A DNA stretch of 64,000 nucleotides, taken from IMG/VR virus record IMGVR_UViG_3300025892_002268, positions 32,115 through 96,114 of that record. One strand, written 5' to 3'. Numbering within the stretch: the stretch's first letter is position 1; each line of letters opens with the position of its first letter. The notes below the pieces were generated by a model. That model ran no database searches, had not been told where the DNA came from, and saw nothing but the letters and a program-made list of their open reading frames with translations. Origin of the DNA: a virus. The translations under genes and the position numbers were made by a program. This document shows, in pieces, positions 37,146-46,362 of this stretch.

Positions 37146-38700
37146 ATATGACGATAAGCAGACTTGGCAATTATTTGAAGAGGGGAAAACTAAGGGTGTA
37201 TTTCAGCTAGAAAGCAATCTTGGTAAGTCTTGGTCTAAAAAACTTGCGCCCCACAATATAGAAGAACTGTCTGCACTTATTGCTATTATCAGACCGGGAT
37301 GCTTAAAGGCTTTCGTGGATGGTAAATCCATGAGTCAGCATTTTATTGATAGAAAGCATGGAAGAGAAGAGGTAACATATTTACATGAATGCCTAGAGGA
37401 AATCTTACTACCAACGTATGGGGTTCTTGTGTATCAAGAGCAATCTATGCGTATTGCACAGAAGGTTGCGGGATTTAATCTACAGCAAGCAGATGAACTC
37501 CGTAAAGCAATTGGTAAGAAAAAAGCAAACCTGATGGCGAAAGTTAAGAAAAAATTCATATCTGGATCTAAGAAAGTTGGGCTAGTGGATAAAGATACAT
37601 CTGAAGAAATATTTGGATGGATTGAAAAGTCTTCTAGGTATGCTTTTAATAAATCACACAGTATATCATACGCTGTATGTTCTTACTGGAGCGCTTATCA
37701 GAAAGCTCACAATCCAGAAGAATTTTTCCTAGCTTATTTGTATTATGCAAATGAAAAGCAAGATCCACACCAAGAGATATATGAGTTGATATCTGAAGCG
37801 AAACTATTCGACATTCAAGCTAGAACTCCCAGCGTTGCTAACTATCAAGATAAATTCAACGCTAAGAAAAAGAAAATATATTTTGGAATTAAAGATATTA
37901 AATCTCTTACAGGTAAAACAGGAGAAAAAGTTGTAACTGGTATAAGCGAAGCGGAGGAAGAATTAAATAAGAAGATAAATAAATTCAATTGGTTAGAAAT
38001 ATTATTATTTTTCTCGCCAAGAGTAAACTCTACTGCCTTCAAAGCTTTATCATCTATAGGATTCTTTAGAGATTTTAATGGCAAAATCAGCAGAAACAAA
38101 GCGCTGTACGACTACGAAATATACCGTACATTAACCAAAGCTGAACAGACATGGATTAAAACTAATTATAAAGATAAGCGGTGGGATAGCTTTGTAGATT
38201 GTTTAAAAGATTTATCTCCAACAAAAAAGGAAGGTGGAGGAACAAGCAAGCAGGAAAGAAAACAAATTGTAGAAAATGAAATACAACTTCTTAACAATCC
38301 ACCTTACAGCCTAGAAGATGACATAACATGGATTATTGAACAAGAAACTAGGCTATTGGGATGCCCCGTAACATCCAACAAAATAGATACAGCAGATACT
38401 TCAGCTGCTAATACTACATGTAAAGATATTGTTAATGGTAAAAAGGGAAAGAATCTATGCGTCGTGGCAAATGTACAAAGACTATCTGACTACAAAATAA
38501 CTAAAGGAGATTCTAAAGGGCAAACAATGTCATTTTTAACAATAGAAGATGACTCATGTATTTTAGATAGTGTAATAATATTCCCAACTATAAAGAATAA
38601 GTATAAGTATATATTATACGAAGGCAATAATCTTGTTTTTTGTGGTAATGTGCAAAAGAATGATTCTTCATTTATCGTAGAAAAAATTCACGAATTATGA
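37123..38700 (+). CDS. dnaE: DNA polymerase III alpha, C-terminal half (fingers, HhH, OB)
   Basis: YDDKQTWQL, TKGVFQLES, IIRPG, TYGVLVYQEQ, ADELRKAIGKK, YAFNKSH, IYFGIKDIK, OB fold MSFLTIED. Confidence 0.92.
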   Translation: METYTSNEYDDKQTWQLFEEGKTKGVFQLESNLGKSWSKKLAPHNIEELSALIAIIRPGCLKAFVDGKSMSQHFIDRKHGREEVTYLHECLEEILLPTYGVLVYQEQSMRIAQKVAGFNLQQADELRKAIGKKKANLMAKVKKKFISGSKKVGLVDKDTSEEIFGWIEKSSRYAFNKSHSISYAVCSYWSAYQKAHNPEEFFLAYLYYANEKQDPHQEIYELISEAKLFDIQARTPSVANYQDKFNAKKKKIYFGIKDIKSLTGKTGEKVVTGISEAEEELNKKINKFNWLEILLFFSPRVNSTAFKALSSIGFFRDFNGKISRNKALYDYEIYRTLTKAEQTWIKTNYKDKRWDSFVDCLKDLSPTKKEGGGTSKQERKQIVENEIQLLNNPPYSLEDDITWIIEQETRLLGCPVTSNKIDTADTSAANTTCKDIVNGKKGKNLCVVANVQRLSDYKITKGDSKGQTMSFLTIEDDSCILDSVIIFPTIKNKYKYILYEGNNLVFCGNVQKNDSSFIVEKIHEL

Positions 38701-38747
38701 TTGTTTTTTCGTGTTGTCCAAGCTAATATATAAAGATAGGAGATAGA

Positions 38748-39074
38748 ATGAACAACTGTTGTTTTACTGGATATTTAGTAGAAAATCCACACACTACCCA
38801 CGTTGGAAGTGTTCTGCTTGCAGAATTTACCATTGTGGTATATACTTATAGGAGAACGAAGAGTACTGGAGAGAAGAGTAGAATCCCCACATACTTACAC
38901 TGTGAGGCTTGGCATACCGGGGCAGAAACGATTGAAAAATTTGCTAAAAAAGGTACTAAAATAACTATACAAGCTTCAGCCAAGCATCTCTCTAAAGATA
39001 ATGACACACTTATATTTAGAGTAAATGAATTTGATATTTGTCAAGATAACGATTTTGAGGATTGGTCTACATGA
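38748..39074 (+). CDS. second, divergent SSB-like OB-fold protein
   Basis: NNCCFTGYLVENP, YLHCEAWHTGAETIEKFAKKG; acidic C-terminus. Confidence 0.75.
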   Translation: MNNCCFTGYLVENPHTTHVGSVLLAEFTIVVYTYRRTKSTGEKSRIPTYLHCEAWHTGAETIEKFAKKGTKITIQASAKHLSKDNDTLIFRVNEFDICQDNDFEDWST

Positions 39075-40726
39075 GAAAAAAACGTATATTGTTTTGCACA
39101 GAAGCCACATTTCTTAATACAGGATATGCTACGTATTCCAGAGAAATATTAAATTATTTATACGAAACAGGAAAATATGAGATAGCTGAACTATCGTCTT
39201 ACGGTAGCAAGGATGATCACAGATCTCTAGATATTAAGTGGGAATACTTTCCAGCATCTTTACCAAAAAATGCTAGCAGAGCAGAGCATGATGCATTTTC
39301 TCAAAAACATACTAATCAATTTGGTGAATACAAATTTCCTGAAGCTTGCTTAAGATTCAAACCTGATATCGTCTGCGACATTAGAGATTTCTGGATGATA
39401 GAATTTGTAGAACGTTCTACTTACAGGCCATTTTTCAAATGGTGCATTATGCCAACTGTAGATGCTGCGCCACAAGCGACGAGCTGGATGGAAACTTTTA
39501 AATCAGCTGATGCTTGTTTAAGCTATTCGGATTGGTCTGGAAAAGTACTTAATGAGCAAAGTAATAATTCTATTAATTACATTGGTTCTGCTCCACCATC
39601 TGCTCATGAAGCATATACGATTATCAAAGATAAAAATGAGTGCAGAGCAGCTATGAATATACCTACAAATGCCAAAGTTATAGGCACAGTAATGAGAAAT
39701 CAGCGTAGGAAATTATATCCAGATTTATTTGCAACATTTAGAAAAGTTTTAGATGTTGTAGAAAATCCTTACTCATATTATCTTTATTGTCATACTAGCT
39801 TTCCAGATATGGGATGGGATATTCCAGAGCTATTGCAAGAACACGGTTTAGCCTCCCATGTTTTATTCACTTATCTATGTACTAAAACTAATAAACCTTT
39901 TGCTTCTTTCTTTTGTGGGCCTAGAGCCATATCGCCATACACTCAAGACTTAGATGGCATTATGGTCAGCGTTCAGAATGGTCTTTCTTATACAGACCTA
40001 TCTACAATTATGCAATCTTTTGATTTGTATGTACAATATGCTAACTCAGAAGGGTTTGGCTTACCTCAAGTAGAAGCTGCTGCCAGCAGCATACCTGTAG
40101 CTTCTATTAATTACTCAGCTATGGAAAGTGTTATTAAAAAATTAGAGGGTATACCATTACCACCAAAAGCTTTATATAAAGAGATGGAAACAGGGTGTAT
40201 GAGAGCTGTTCCAGATAATGATTACTCAGCAAAAGAAATTGTGGAATTCTTCAAGCTTCCTGAAGAGTTAAGAAAAAAAATAGGTCACACTATGAAGCAG
40301 AATTTTCTTAAGCATTTTCAGTGGGACAAAAGTGGAGCCGTGTGGGAAAAATGTTTTGACTCTTTTGAAATTGTTCCAGAAGAAAAAACTTGGCTGTCTC
40401 CACCTAGAATACTTTCTCCTAAACCAATGCCTTCTGAGAAACAATTCGACACTATAGAGCAAGGTGTAAATTATTTATTCAGCGATGTATTGTGCAAACC
40501 AGAACTTATTGGTTCTCAAATGCATCAACGAATGATTAGAGATATAATGTATGGATTTACCACGTCAGCAACAGCTGGAATGTATCAAAACGATAGTTCT
40601 GCCATTCAAGACGGCAACTTAAAGAAAACAACATTTAATTTTGAAACAGCTTATAGAAACTGCCATATGATGAGGTTGCAAGAAAATCACTATGAACAAC
40701 AAAGGAAGGAGGCGTTTGGTCTATAA
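39071..40726 (+). CDS. GT4 glycosyltransferase with C-terminal extension
   Basis: TGYATY, FKPDIV, MRNQRRK, YANSEGFGLPQVEAAAS. Confidence 0.88.
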   Translation: MRKKRILFCTEATFLNTGYATYSREILNYLYETGKYEIAELSSYGSKDDHRSLDIKWEYFPASLPKNASRAEHDAFSQKHTNQFGEYKFPEACLRFKPDIVCDIRDFWMIEFVERSTYRPFFKWCIMPTVDAAPQATSWMETFKSADACLSYSDWSGKVLNEQSNNSINYIGSAPPSAHEAYTIIKDKNECRAAMNIPTNAKVIGTVMRNQRRKLYPDLFATFRKVLDVVENPYSYYLYCHTSFPDMGWDIPELLQEHGLASHVLFTYLCTKTNKPFASFFCGPRAISPYTQDLDGIMVSVQNGLSYTDLSTIMQSFDLYVQYANSEGFGLPQVEAAASSIPVASINYSAMESVIKKLEGIPLPPKALYKEMETGCMRAVPDNDYSAKEIVEFFKLPEELRKKIGHTMKQNFLKHFQWDKSGAVWEKCFDSFEIVPEEKTWLSPPRILSPKPMPSEKQFDTIEQGVNYLFSDVLCKPELIGSQMHQRMIRDIMYGFTTSATAGMYQNDSSAIQDGNLKKTTFNFETAYRNCHMMRLQENHYEQQRKEAFGL

Positions 40727-41841
40727 TGAAAGTACTTTACACAGCGCATTATAAAGAAGATAGTGGGTGGTCAAACGCAGCGGTAAATAACATCTTAGCA
40801 CTAGACGTTGCTGGGGTAGATGTAGTATGCAGAAATGTACAGCTAACAAATAAGAAATCCCAAATACCAAAGAAGATCACAGAGCTAGAACAAAAAGATT
40901 TAAAAGGAGTAACACATTGCATACAAAACGTATTGCCTCACCATTTCTGCGGAACCACAAACGTTAAAAAGAATGTAGCATATTATTATGGAGAATCTAT
41001 ATTTAATCAAAAGAATTTATGGCATTTAAATTTAGATTTAGCAGATGAGGTATGGGTAACAAACAACGAGCTAAAAGATCATACTCAAAAATTGTTGAAC
41101 ACAAAAGTTAAAAACGTACCACAGGCGGTTCAAACTGAAAAGTACAAGAAGAAATACAAAGAAGTTGACTTTGGCACAAGCGATGTTGACTTTAAATTTT
41201 ATTTTATTGGGGATATAAATGATAGAAAAAATCTCAAATCTATAATCAAGTGTTATTATAGAACTTTTAATGCTGGCAGCAATACCATGTTGTTTATCAA
41301 AGTTAAAAAATTCTCTATGTCTTCTCAAGCTTTGGATGCTCACTGTCGCCAGATATGTTCAGATATACAGAAAGAAATGAGAATTTATAGTAATGGGATG
41401 CAATACGCTTCTGTAAAGTTTATAACAGCAAACACTGATGAAGATTTTATATATTCATTACATCAGTACTGTGATTGCTTTATAGGAGCAAGTCATGGAG
41501 AAGCTTGGTCTTTGCCAGCTTTTGACGCAATGTGTTTTGGAAGCACTCCTATATGTAGCGATGAGGGTGGACCAAAAGAGTTTATAGATAAAAACAATAA
41601 GAACACAGGAACGCTTATCGAAGGACAATATGGAATATGTAATGAGCAAAATGGAGCATTTCCACATATATTTACAGGATCAGAGTTGTGGTTTGATCCT
41701 AGCGAAGAGCATTTATGTAATGCTATGAAATATTACTATGACAACAAAAGCATTAAAGATATTAACAATTGTCATAATTTTGGCAATAGCTTTAGCTTGA
41801 AAGAAGTAGGAAAGAAAATGAAGGAATTACTATATGAGTAA
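40726..41841 (+). CDS. GT4 glycosyltransferase
   Basis: SGWSNAA, FYFIGDINDRKN, ASHGEAWSLPAFDAMCFG. Confidence 0.85.
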   Translation: MKVLYTAHYKEDSGWSNAAVNNILALDVAGVDVVCRNVQLTNKKSQIPKKITELEQKDLKGVTHCIQNVLPHHFCGTTNVKKNVAYYYGESIFNQKNLWHLNLDLADEVWVTNNELKDHTQKLLNTKVKNVPQAVQTEKYKKKYKEVDFGTSDVDFKFYFIGDINDRKNLKSIIKCYYRTFNAGSNTMLFIKVKKFSMSSQALDAHCRQICSDIQKEMRIYSNGMQYASVKFITANTDEDFIYSLHQYCDCFIGASHGEAWSLPAFDAMCFGSTPICSDEGGPKEFIDKNNKNTGTLIEGQYGICNEQNGAFPHIFTGSELWFDPSEEHLCNAMKYYYDNKSIKDINNCHNFGNSFSLKEVGKKMKELLYE

Positions 41842-42337
41842 AATTTTTCAAGAATTAGCATCGGATGATAGACTTAATGTTCTTGTGTCCAACATAAGTG
41901 AACCACTTATTAAAGCTATGAGTGGTGTAGACATGACATTTTTTGTTGCGAATAAAAACCAAGAGAGTAATAAAGAAGTCTATAAGGATACAGGTAATAT
42001 ATTATTATTTCCAAATGGTGATATATTTCCACATATATTATACAATATGGTAGTTGGATTTGCAGATGACCCAAGTATGATTGAGATACTAGAAAATGTA
42101 GCGAATGTATTAAATATACCTTTTGTTTTATTTATTGATAAGACAGCAAGCTCATATGGCTCAGTAAGGCTAGTTAATCTAGTCAAAAGGTGTGGTAGCG
42201 ATTTAAACGTCTTCACATCTAATGTTATACGTCATAGCTGGAATATCAAAGATAAAGAATATATTGTAGCAAATTATTATGATTCTGACCAACTTGCAAA
42301 AACACTGACAACAGTAGAACAGGAATGTAAAAAATGA
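41834..42337 (+). CDS. hypothetical protein (possible degenerate GT-B half domain)
   Basis: Alpha/beta pattern; lies in the GT cluster. Confidence 0.55.
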   Translation: MSKIFQELASDDRLNVLVSNISEPLIKAMSGVDMTFFVANKNQESNKEVYKDTGNILLFPNGDIFPHILYNMVVGFADDPSMIEILENVANVLNIPFVLFIDKTASSYGSVRLVNLVKRCGSDLNVFTSNVIRHSWNIKDKEYIVANYYDSDQLAKTLTTVEQECKK

Positions 42338-42753
42338 AATTAAACATTACAGATAATGAAAAAAAATTTATTAGCGGTTGTGTAAATTTAGATATCAACA
42401 ATTATGATGACAAATTTTTTGATGAAGTACCTCAATCATCTTGCGAACTATTGATTATTTCTGAGTGTTTAGGAAATCTCTCTTACGGAGAAAGCGTATC
42501 AACAATCGAAGAATCTATGAAAAGGGTAGCCAAAGGTGGTAGAATATCTTTGTCGCTCCTAGACTTTGAATCTGTTGCTATTTCTCTGCTAAATGGTAGT
42601 ATGAATTCAGAATCAATAAGCAGCATTGTTAAGTCTCATAAGTCTGTTTTAAGTGTATACGAACTAAAACAAACTCTGGTTAATAATAGAATCAATATCA
42701 CTGAATTTGAAAGAAAAAACAATTTGTTACTCATTAACGGAATGAAAGTATGA
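42334..42753 (+). CDS. degenerate class I SAM methyltransferase-like protein
   Basis: KLNI...GCVNLDI...SCELLIISECL...KRVAKGGRISL; lacks the GxG motif. Confidence 0.5.
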   Translation: MKLNITDNEKKFISGCVNLDINNYDDKFFDEVPQSSCELLIISECLGNLSYGESVSTIEESMKRVAKGGRISLSLLDFESVAISLLNGSMNSESISSIVKSHKSVLSVYELKQTLVNNRINITEFERKNNLLLINGMKV

Positions 42754-43511
42754 GCAAAAGAAAAGTTGGTAGGAAAACAACAAAACCTACTAAGACTAGA
42801 AAACCCTCTAAAAAATATGATGAATTTATAACATTTGTATTACTTCATGGACAGAGTATACAAAGGTTTAAGAAAAGTGAACCTGCATGTTTTGCCAAAA
42901 TAGGACGACAATACTTGATAGACAAACAGATTTTAGCTATAGACAGAAAGTTTAACAACTACGAAATTATTGTATCTTTAGGTAACTGCTCCGACATCCT
43001 TCATGAACATATTATTAAAAATCATAGTAATAAACAAATAAGAATTATAGAGAATAAAAATTATGAAACAACGAACTCGTGTGAAACAGCAAGATTATGT
43101 TTGAATAACACGACAAATGATAAACTGTGCATCATGGATGGGAATTTGTTTTTTGAGAGCAAGATATTTGATGGTTGTGATTTTTCCAATTCCTTTGCCA
43201 TGCTTAATGACAAAGAAGAAGAAAGCCTTGAAATAAGAGCGAACACAAACAATAAAGAGATCAAGTTCTTCTGCTACGGAGCTAACAAGCCGTGGTGCGA
43301 AATTGTTTTCATGAATGGTAAGAATATTATATATGATCTTCATAACATTTTGAAGTCTAAAAATTTTAGAAAAAAGTTTTTATTTGAAGCTATGAATGAG
43401 ATAGTTAGAATTCACAATGTGTCTGGTAAAATTAATAAGAAACACATAGCCAAAATCAAAAACATAAGAACATACAATAAGATCAGGAGTCAATATGAAA
43501 TTCGTAATTGA
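42750..43511 (+). CDS. NTP-transferase (LicC-like) fold protein, degenerate
   Basis: IENKNYETTNSCETARL, IMDGNLFF, WCEI, FLFEAMN; N-terminal LAAG-x-G-x-R/PK motif replaced. Confidence 0.65.
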   Translation: MSKRKVGRKTTKPTKTRKPSKKYDEFITFVLLHGQSIQRFKKSEPACFAKIGRQYLIDKQILAIDRKFNNYEIIVSLGNCSDILHEHIIKNHSNKQIRIIENKNYETTNSCETARLCLNNTTNDKLCIMDGNLFFESKIFDGCDFSNSFAMLNDKEEESLEIRANTNNKEIKFFCYGANKPWCEIVFMNGKNIIYDLHNILKSKNFRKKFLFEAMNEIVRIHNVSGKINKKHIAKIKNIRTYNKIRSQYEIRN

Positions 43512-44358
43512 TAACTATAGTGATAACAATAACACACAAGCTTTATATTTACATCAACACATTGAAGAGAATAAGGATCACGAAGTGTACATGAATACTT
43601 TTGATTATCCTGTATATGAAGTCATGAGCCAATTTAATCCTAATGTTTACATAACCTCTTGCAATACAATTTCTAAAGATTTATTTTTATTTATGAAAGA
43701 GCATCAAAGAAGTACGGGTGTAAAATTAATAATCAATACAGACGACTGCAAGGTGGCTCATATTCAACAAGTTTATTCTAAACTTAAGGAAAATAAAATT
43801 GAATTTAAGTTATTTGGAAATATGAATAACAAGCACATACCATCAAGCATAATGAGTAAGTCGTTCAGAATTTTAAATTGTACGGATGTGAATATAACTA
43901 AGAATCAAGATCCTAGATTAGATTGGCACACAAAGATAGATAGCTTAATATTTATTGATAGCAAAGATCAGCTAGAAAAAATAAACATCAAAGATAAAAC
44001 ATATCATATCGCTTGTCCTTCGTCTAATATTACAAATGATATTAGTTTTGATATAGTAGGGATGTGTAAGAATATAATTCACAATTATGATAAGGTTATA
44101 TTTTGTAATTTAGATAGTGGTTTTAGCCAACAGTTTTTTGAGTCTTTATACAGAGCTAATAAGACTTATTTTTATTCTGAAGATCCTGAAAAAATCAACG
44201 AAAGTTTAGGGAAAATATTAAAATGTGATGCAAACTTAAACGTGAATGATAACAGAAGGCAAGAAGACTTCACTAATATAAAACAAATAGTAGCAGCTAA
44301 ACATACCTCTGCTAACAGGACGGTCTCATTACTATCTCAATTACCTCAAAAAATATAA
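43495..44358 (+). CDS. hypothetical protein (GT-B-like)
   Basis: FNPNVYI; C-terminal KHTSANR as in GT/CgeB-like proteins. Confidence 0.55.
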   Translation: MKFVIDNYSDNNNTQALYLHQHIEENKDHEVYMNTFDYPVYEVMSQFNPNVYITSCNTISKDLFLFMKEHQRSTGVKLIINTDDCKVAHIQQVYSKLKENKIEFKLFGNMNNKHIPSSIMSKSFRILNCTDVNITKNQDPRLDWHTKIDSLIFIDSKDQLEKINIKDKTYHIACPSSNITNDISFDIVGMCKNIIHNYDKVIFCNLDSGFSQQFFESLYRANKTYFYSEDPEKINESLGKILKCDANLNVNDNRRQEDFTNIKQIVAAKHTSANRTVSLLSQLPQKI

Positions 44359-44359
44359 T

Positions 44360-45136
44360 ATGTCAAAAACAGATACTGAAATTTTAGACGAAGATAAAAT
44401 ACAAGTGCATTTACATTTGTGGTATGAGGAAGAATCTATATACTTGATAGATAAAATACACAAGGTGTGGAAAAATCGAAGAGTGAATATATCATTTAAC
44501 ACAGACGGCAAAGCAAACGATAAATTATTAGAGTATTGCAGAAGCAAGTTTTCAGATGTCAGAACAGTATATGTGGAGAACAAAGGTAGCGATCAAGTTG
44601 GATTTTTTAAATCAATCCAAAAAAACCTTGAAGATGATAAAGAGTTTATCTTCTATGCTCATGATAAGAGTACAAATAAACGAGAATGGATAGATCAAAA
44701 CATAGATCCTATAATAGATAACTGTGGAGTAGTCAATAGCTATTTAAAAGAGGATGTTGGCGTGATATCTTCAGCTAATCCCAAGAGACTTGAACCGCTC
44801 CTTAGCGAAGAGAAGCTTATAGCAATTGACAAAGAAACAGCAATGTCTGAAAAAAAAGGCGTAGTATTAGCAAGGCAAACATTAATATGGCTTAGAGAGT
44901 TGCAGTATATACTGTACGAAGTGCATGGGTATATTGATAAGAAAAGACTTAACTTCAAATTTACTGCTGGCAACATGTTTATAATTAATAAAGAAGTGCT
45001 GGAAATGGCTCAGTCTGTTGTGCATCCTAGTTTTTTTCCATCAGGGTATAGAGAAGACGGTGATATGCCACACGCTTTGGAGAGATTTTATTACTACGTT
45101 TCTTTGTGCATGAAAAAACAAAACATATTTATTTAG
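44360..45136 (+). CDS. RgpF-like (rhamnan synthesis F) protein
   Basis: VHLHLWY, VENKGSD, HDKS, FTAGNMF, HALER. Confidence 0.75.
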   Translation: MSKTDTEILDEDKIQVHLHLWYEEESIYLIDKIHKVWKNRRVNISFNTDGKANDKLLEYCRSKFSDVRTVYVENKGSDQVGFFKSIQKNLEDDKEFIFYAHDKSTNKREWIDQNIDPIIDNCGVVNSYLKEDVGVISSANPKRLEPLLSEEKLIAIDKETAMSEKKGVVLARQTLIWLRELQYILYEVHGYIDKKRLNFKFTAGNMFIINKEVLEMAQSVVHPSFFPSGYREDGDMPHALERFYYYVSLCMKKQNIFI

Positions 45137-45141
45137 GAGAT

Positions 45142-45567
45142 ATGATGAAGAAAAATATAGGAATTTGCGATATTCCAAATAAAGATATTTACGCTGCAAT
45201 ACATGCAATTATAAACGAAACTAGAGAGAGAAATGCTCACGATGTATGCATATTCACAAAAGGTTACACTAAATTTACTAATGCATGTGCTAGCTTTGCA
45301 TACCCAGAAATGTCTTTGTTTTCTGGACTGTTACTGTCTTTTGTCGTCGAAGACATGCAGACCATTCTTAATAAGAAACAAGACATTAAACTTGCTTTTG
45401 TATACTTAGGTCAGCATTTTAATATTCCATTGTTAATGGCCCTATTGAAGAATAAAGATATAGTTATATTAACTGGTAACGAAACGCACTGTGAAGAAAT
45501 TCAAAGACTATCAGGAGTACAATCAGAAAATATACAAAAATTTATAGAAACTTTTTTGGAAGATTAA
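45142..45567 (+). CDS. hypothetical protein
   Basis: SD AGGAG; last gene of the GT cluster. Confidence 0.6.
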   Translation: MMKKNIGICDIPNKDIYAAIHAIINETRERNAHDVCIFTKGYTKFTNACASFAYPEMSLFSGLLLSFVVEDMQTILNKKQDIKLAFVYLGQHFNIPLLMALLKNKDIVILTGNETHCEEIQRLSGVQSENIQKFIETFLED

Positions 45568-45569
45568 TT

Positions 45570-46352
45570 ATGAAGAACACTAAAACATCAACCAGTAGTA
45601 TTGTAGATATGTACGTAAACAAAAAAATGAGTACATATGAAATAGCCAAAGAGCTGAATACTTATCCTAATAAAATACGTAGAGTATTAATTAAGCAAAA
45701 TATTGTACTTAACGACAAAAGTACAGCTCAAAAAAATGCTATAAAAAAAGGTGTATCGACAATACCAACCAAGGGAAGAAAGAGAAGCAAGGAAGAAAAG
45801 CTAAAAATTAGTAACTCTCTAAAAAAATATTGGGATAATATTTCACAGGAAGAATATGACAAGAGAGTTGACTTTGCTCGCAGAAAATGGAGTGAAATGT
45901 CTGAAGAGGAAAAGGATGTAATGAAAACAAAAGCAATACAAGCCATAAGAAAAGCTGGGAAGGAAGGTTCTAAGCTGGAAAAATTTTTGGCTGGAGAAAT
46001 ATCCAGAGAAGGATTTAGAGTGCATATACATAAAAAGAATCTTATACCAAATGCAAACTTAGAAATAGATATGTATTTTCCTGAGATTAAATGTATAATT
46101 GAAGTTGATGGACCATCCCATTTCTTACCAATATGGGGAGATGAAAAGCTAAAAAAACAAATAAAAGCAGATTCTAACAAAACGGGGTTGATTTTAAGTA
46201 AGGGTTTTGCTATAATAAGAGTGAGGCATACTACAGATACCTTGTCGTTGGGAACTAAGGAAGCATTGAAAAATAAGCTTATTGATCAGCTGAAAGCTAT
46301 CAGTCAAAAATTCCCAAGTCAGTCTAAACGTTATATAGAAATTGAAGCATAA
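45570..46352 (+). CDS. HTH + NUMOD3-like + Vsr-like endonuclease (homing endonuclease-like)
   Basis: MSTYEIAKELNTYPNKIRRVL; KGRKRSKEEKLKISNSLK; EIDMYFPEIKCIIEVDGPSH. Confidence 0.75.
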   Translation: MKNTKTSTSSIVDMYVNKKMSTYEIAKELNTYPNKIRRVLIKQNIVLNDKSTAQKNAIKKGVSTIPTKGRKRSKEEKLKISNSLKKYWDNISQEEYDKRVDFARRKWSEMSEEEKDVMKTKAIQAIRKAGKEGSKLEKFLAGEISREGFRVHIHKKNLIPNANLEIDMYFPEIKCIIEVDGPSHFLPIWGDEKLKKQIKADSNKTGLILSKGFAIIRVRHTTDTLSLGTKEALKNKLIDQLKAISQKFPSQSKRYIEIEA

Positions 46353-46362
46353 AGGAGAAAGA

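Noticed and set aside
37110-37150. Programmed frameshift fusing DnaQ to DnaE-C (PolC-like fusion)
   Set aside because: It would need a +1 shift. No convincing slippery site was seen, and an in-frame ATG at 37123 explains the overlap by normal coupling. Not formally excluded.
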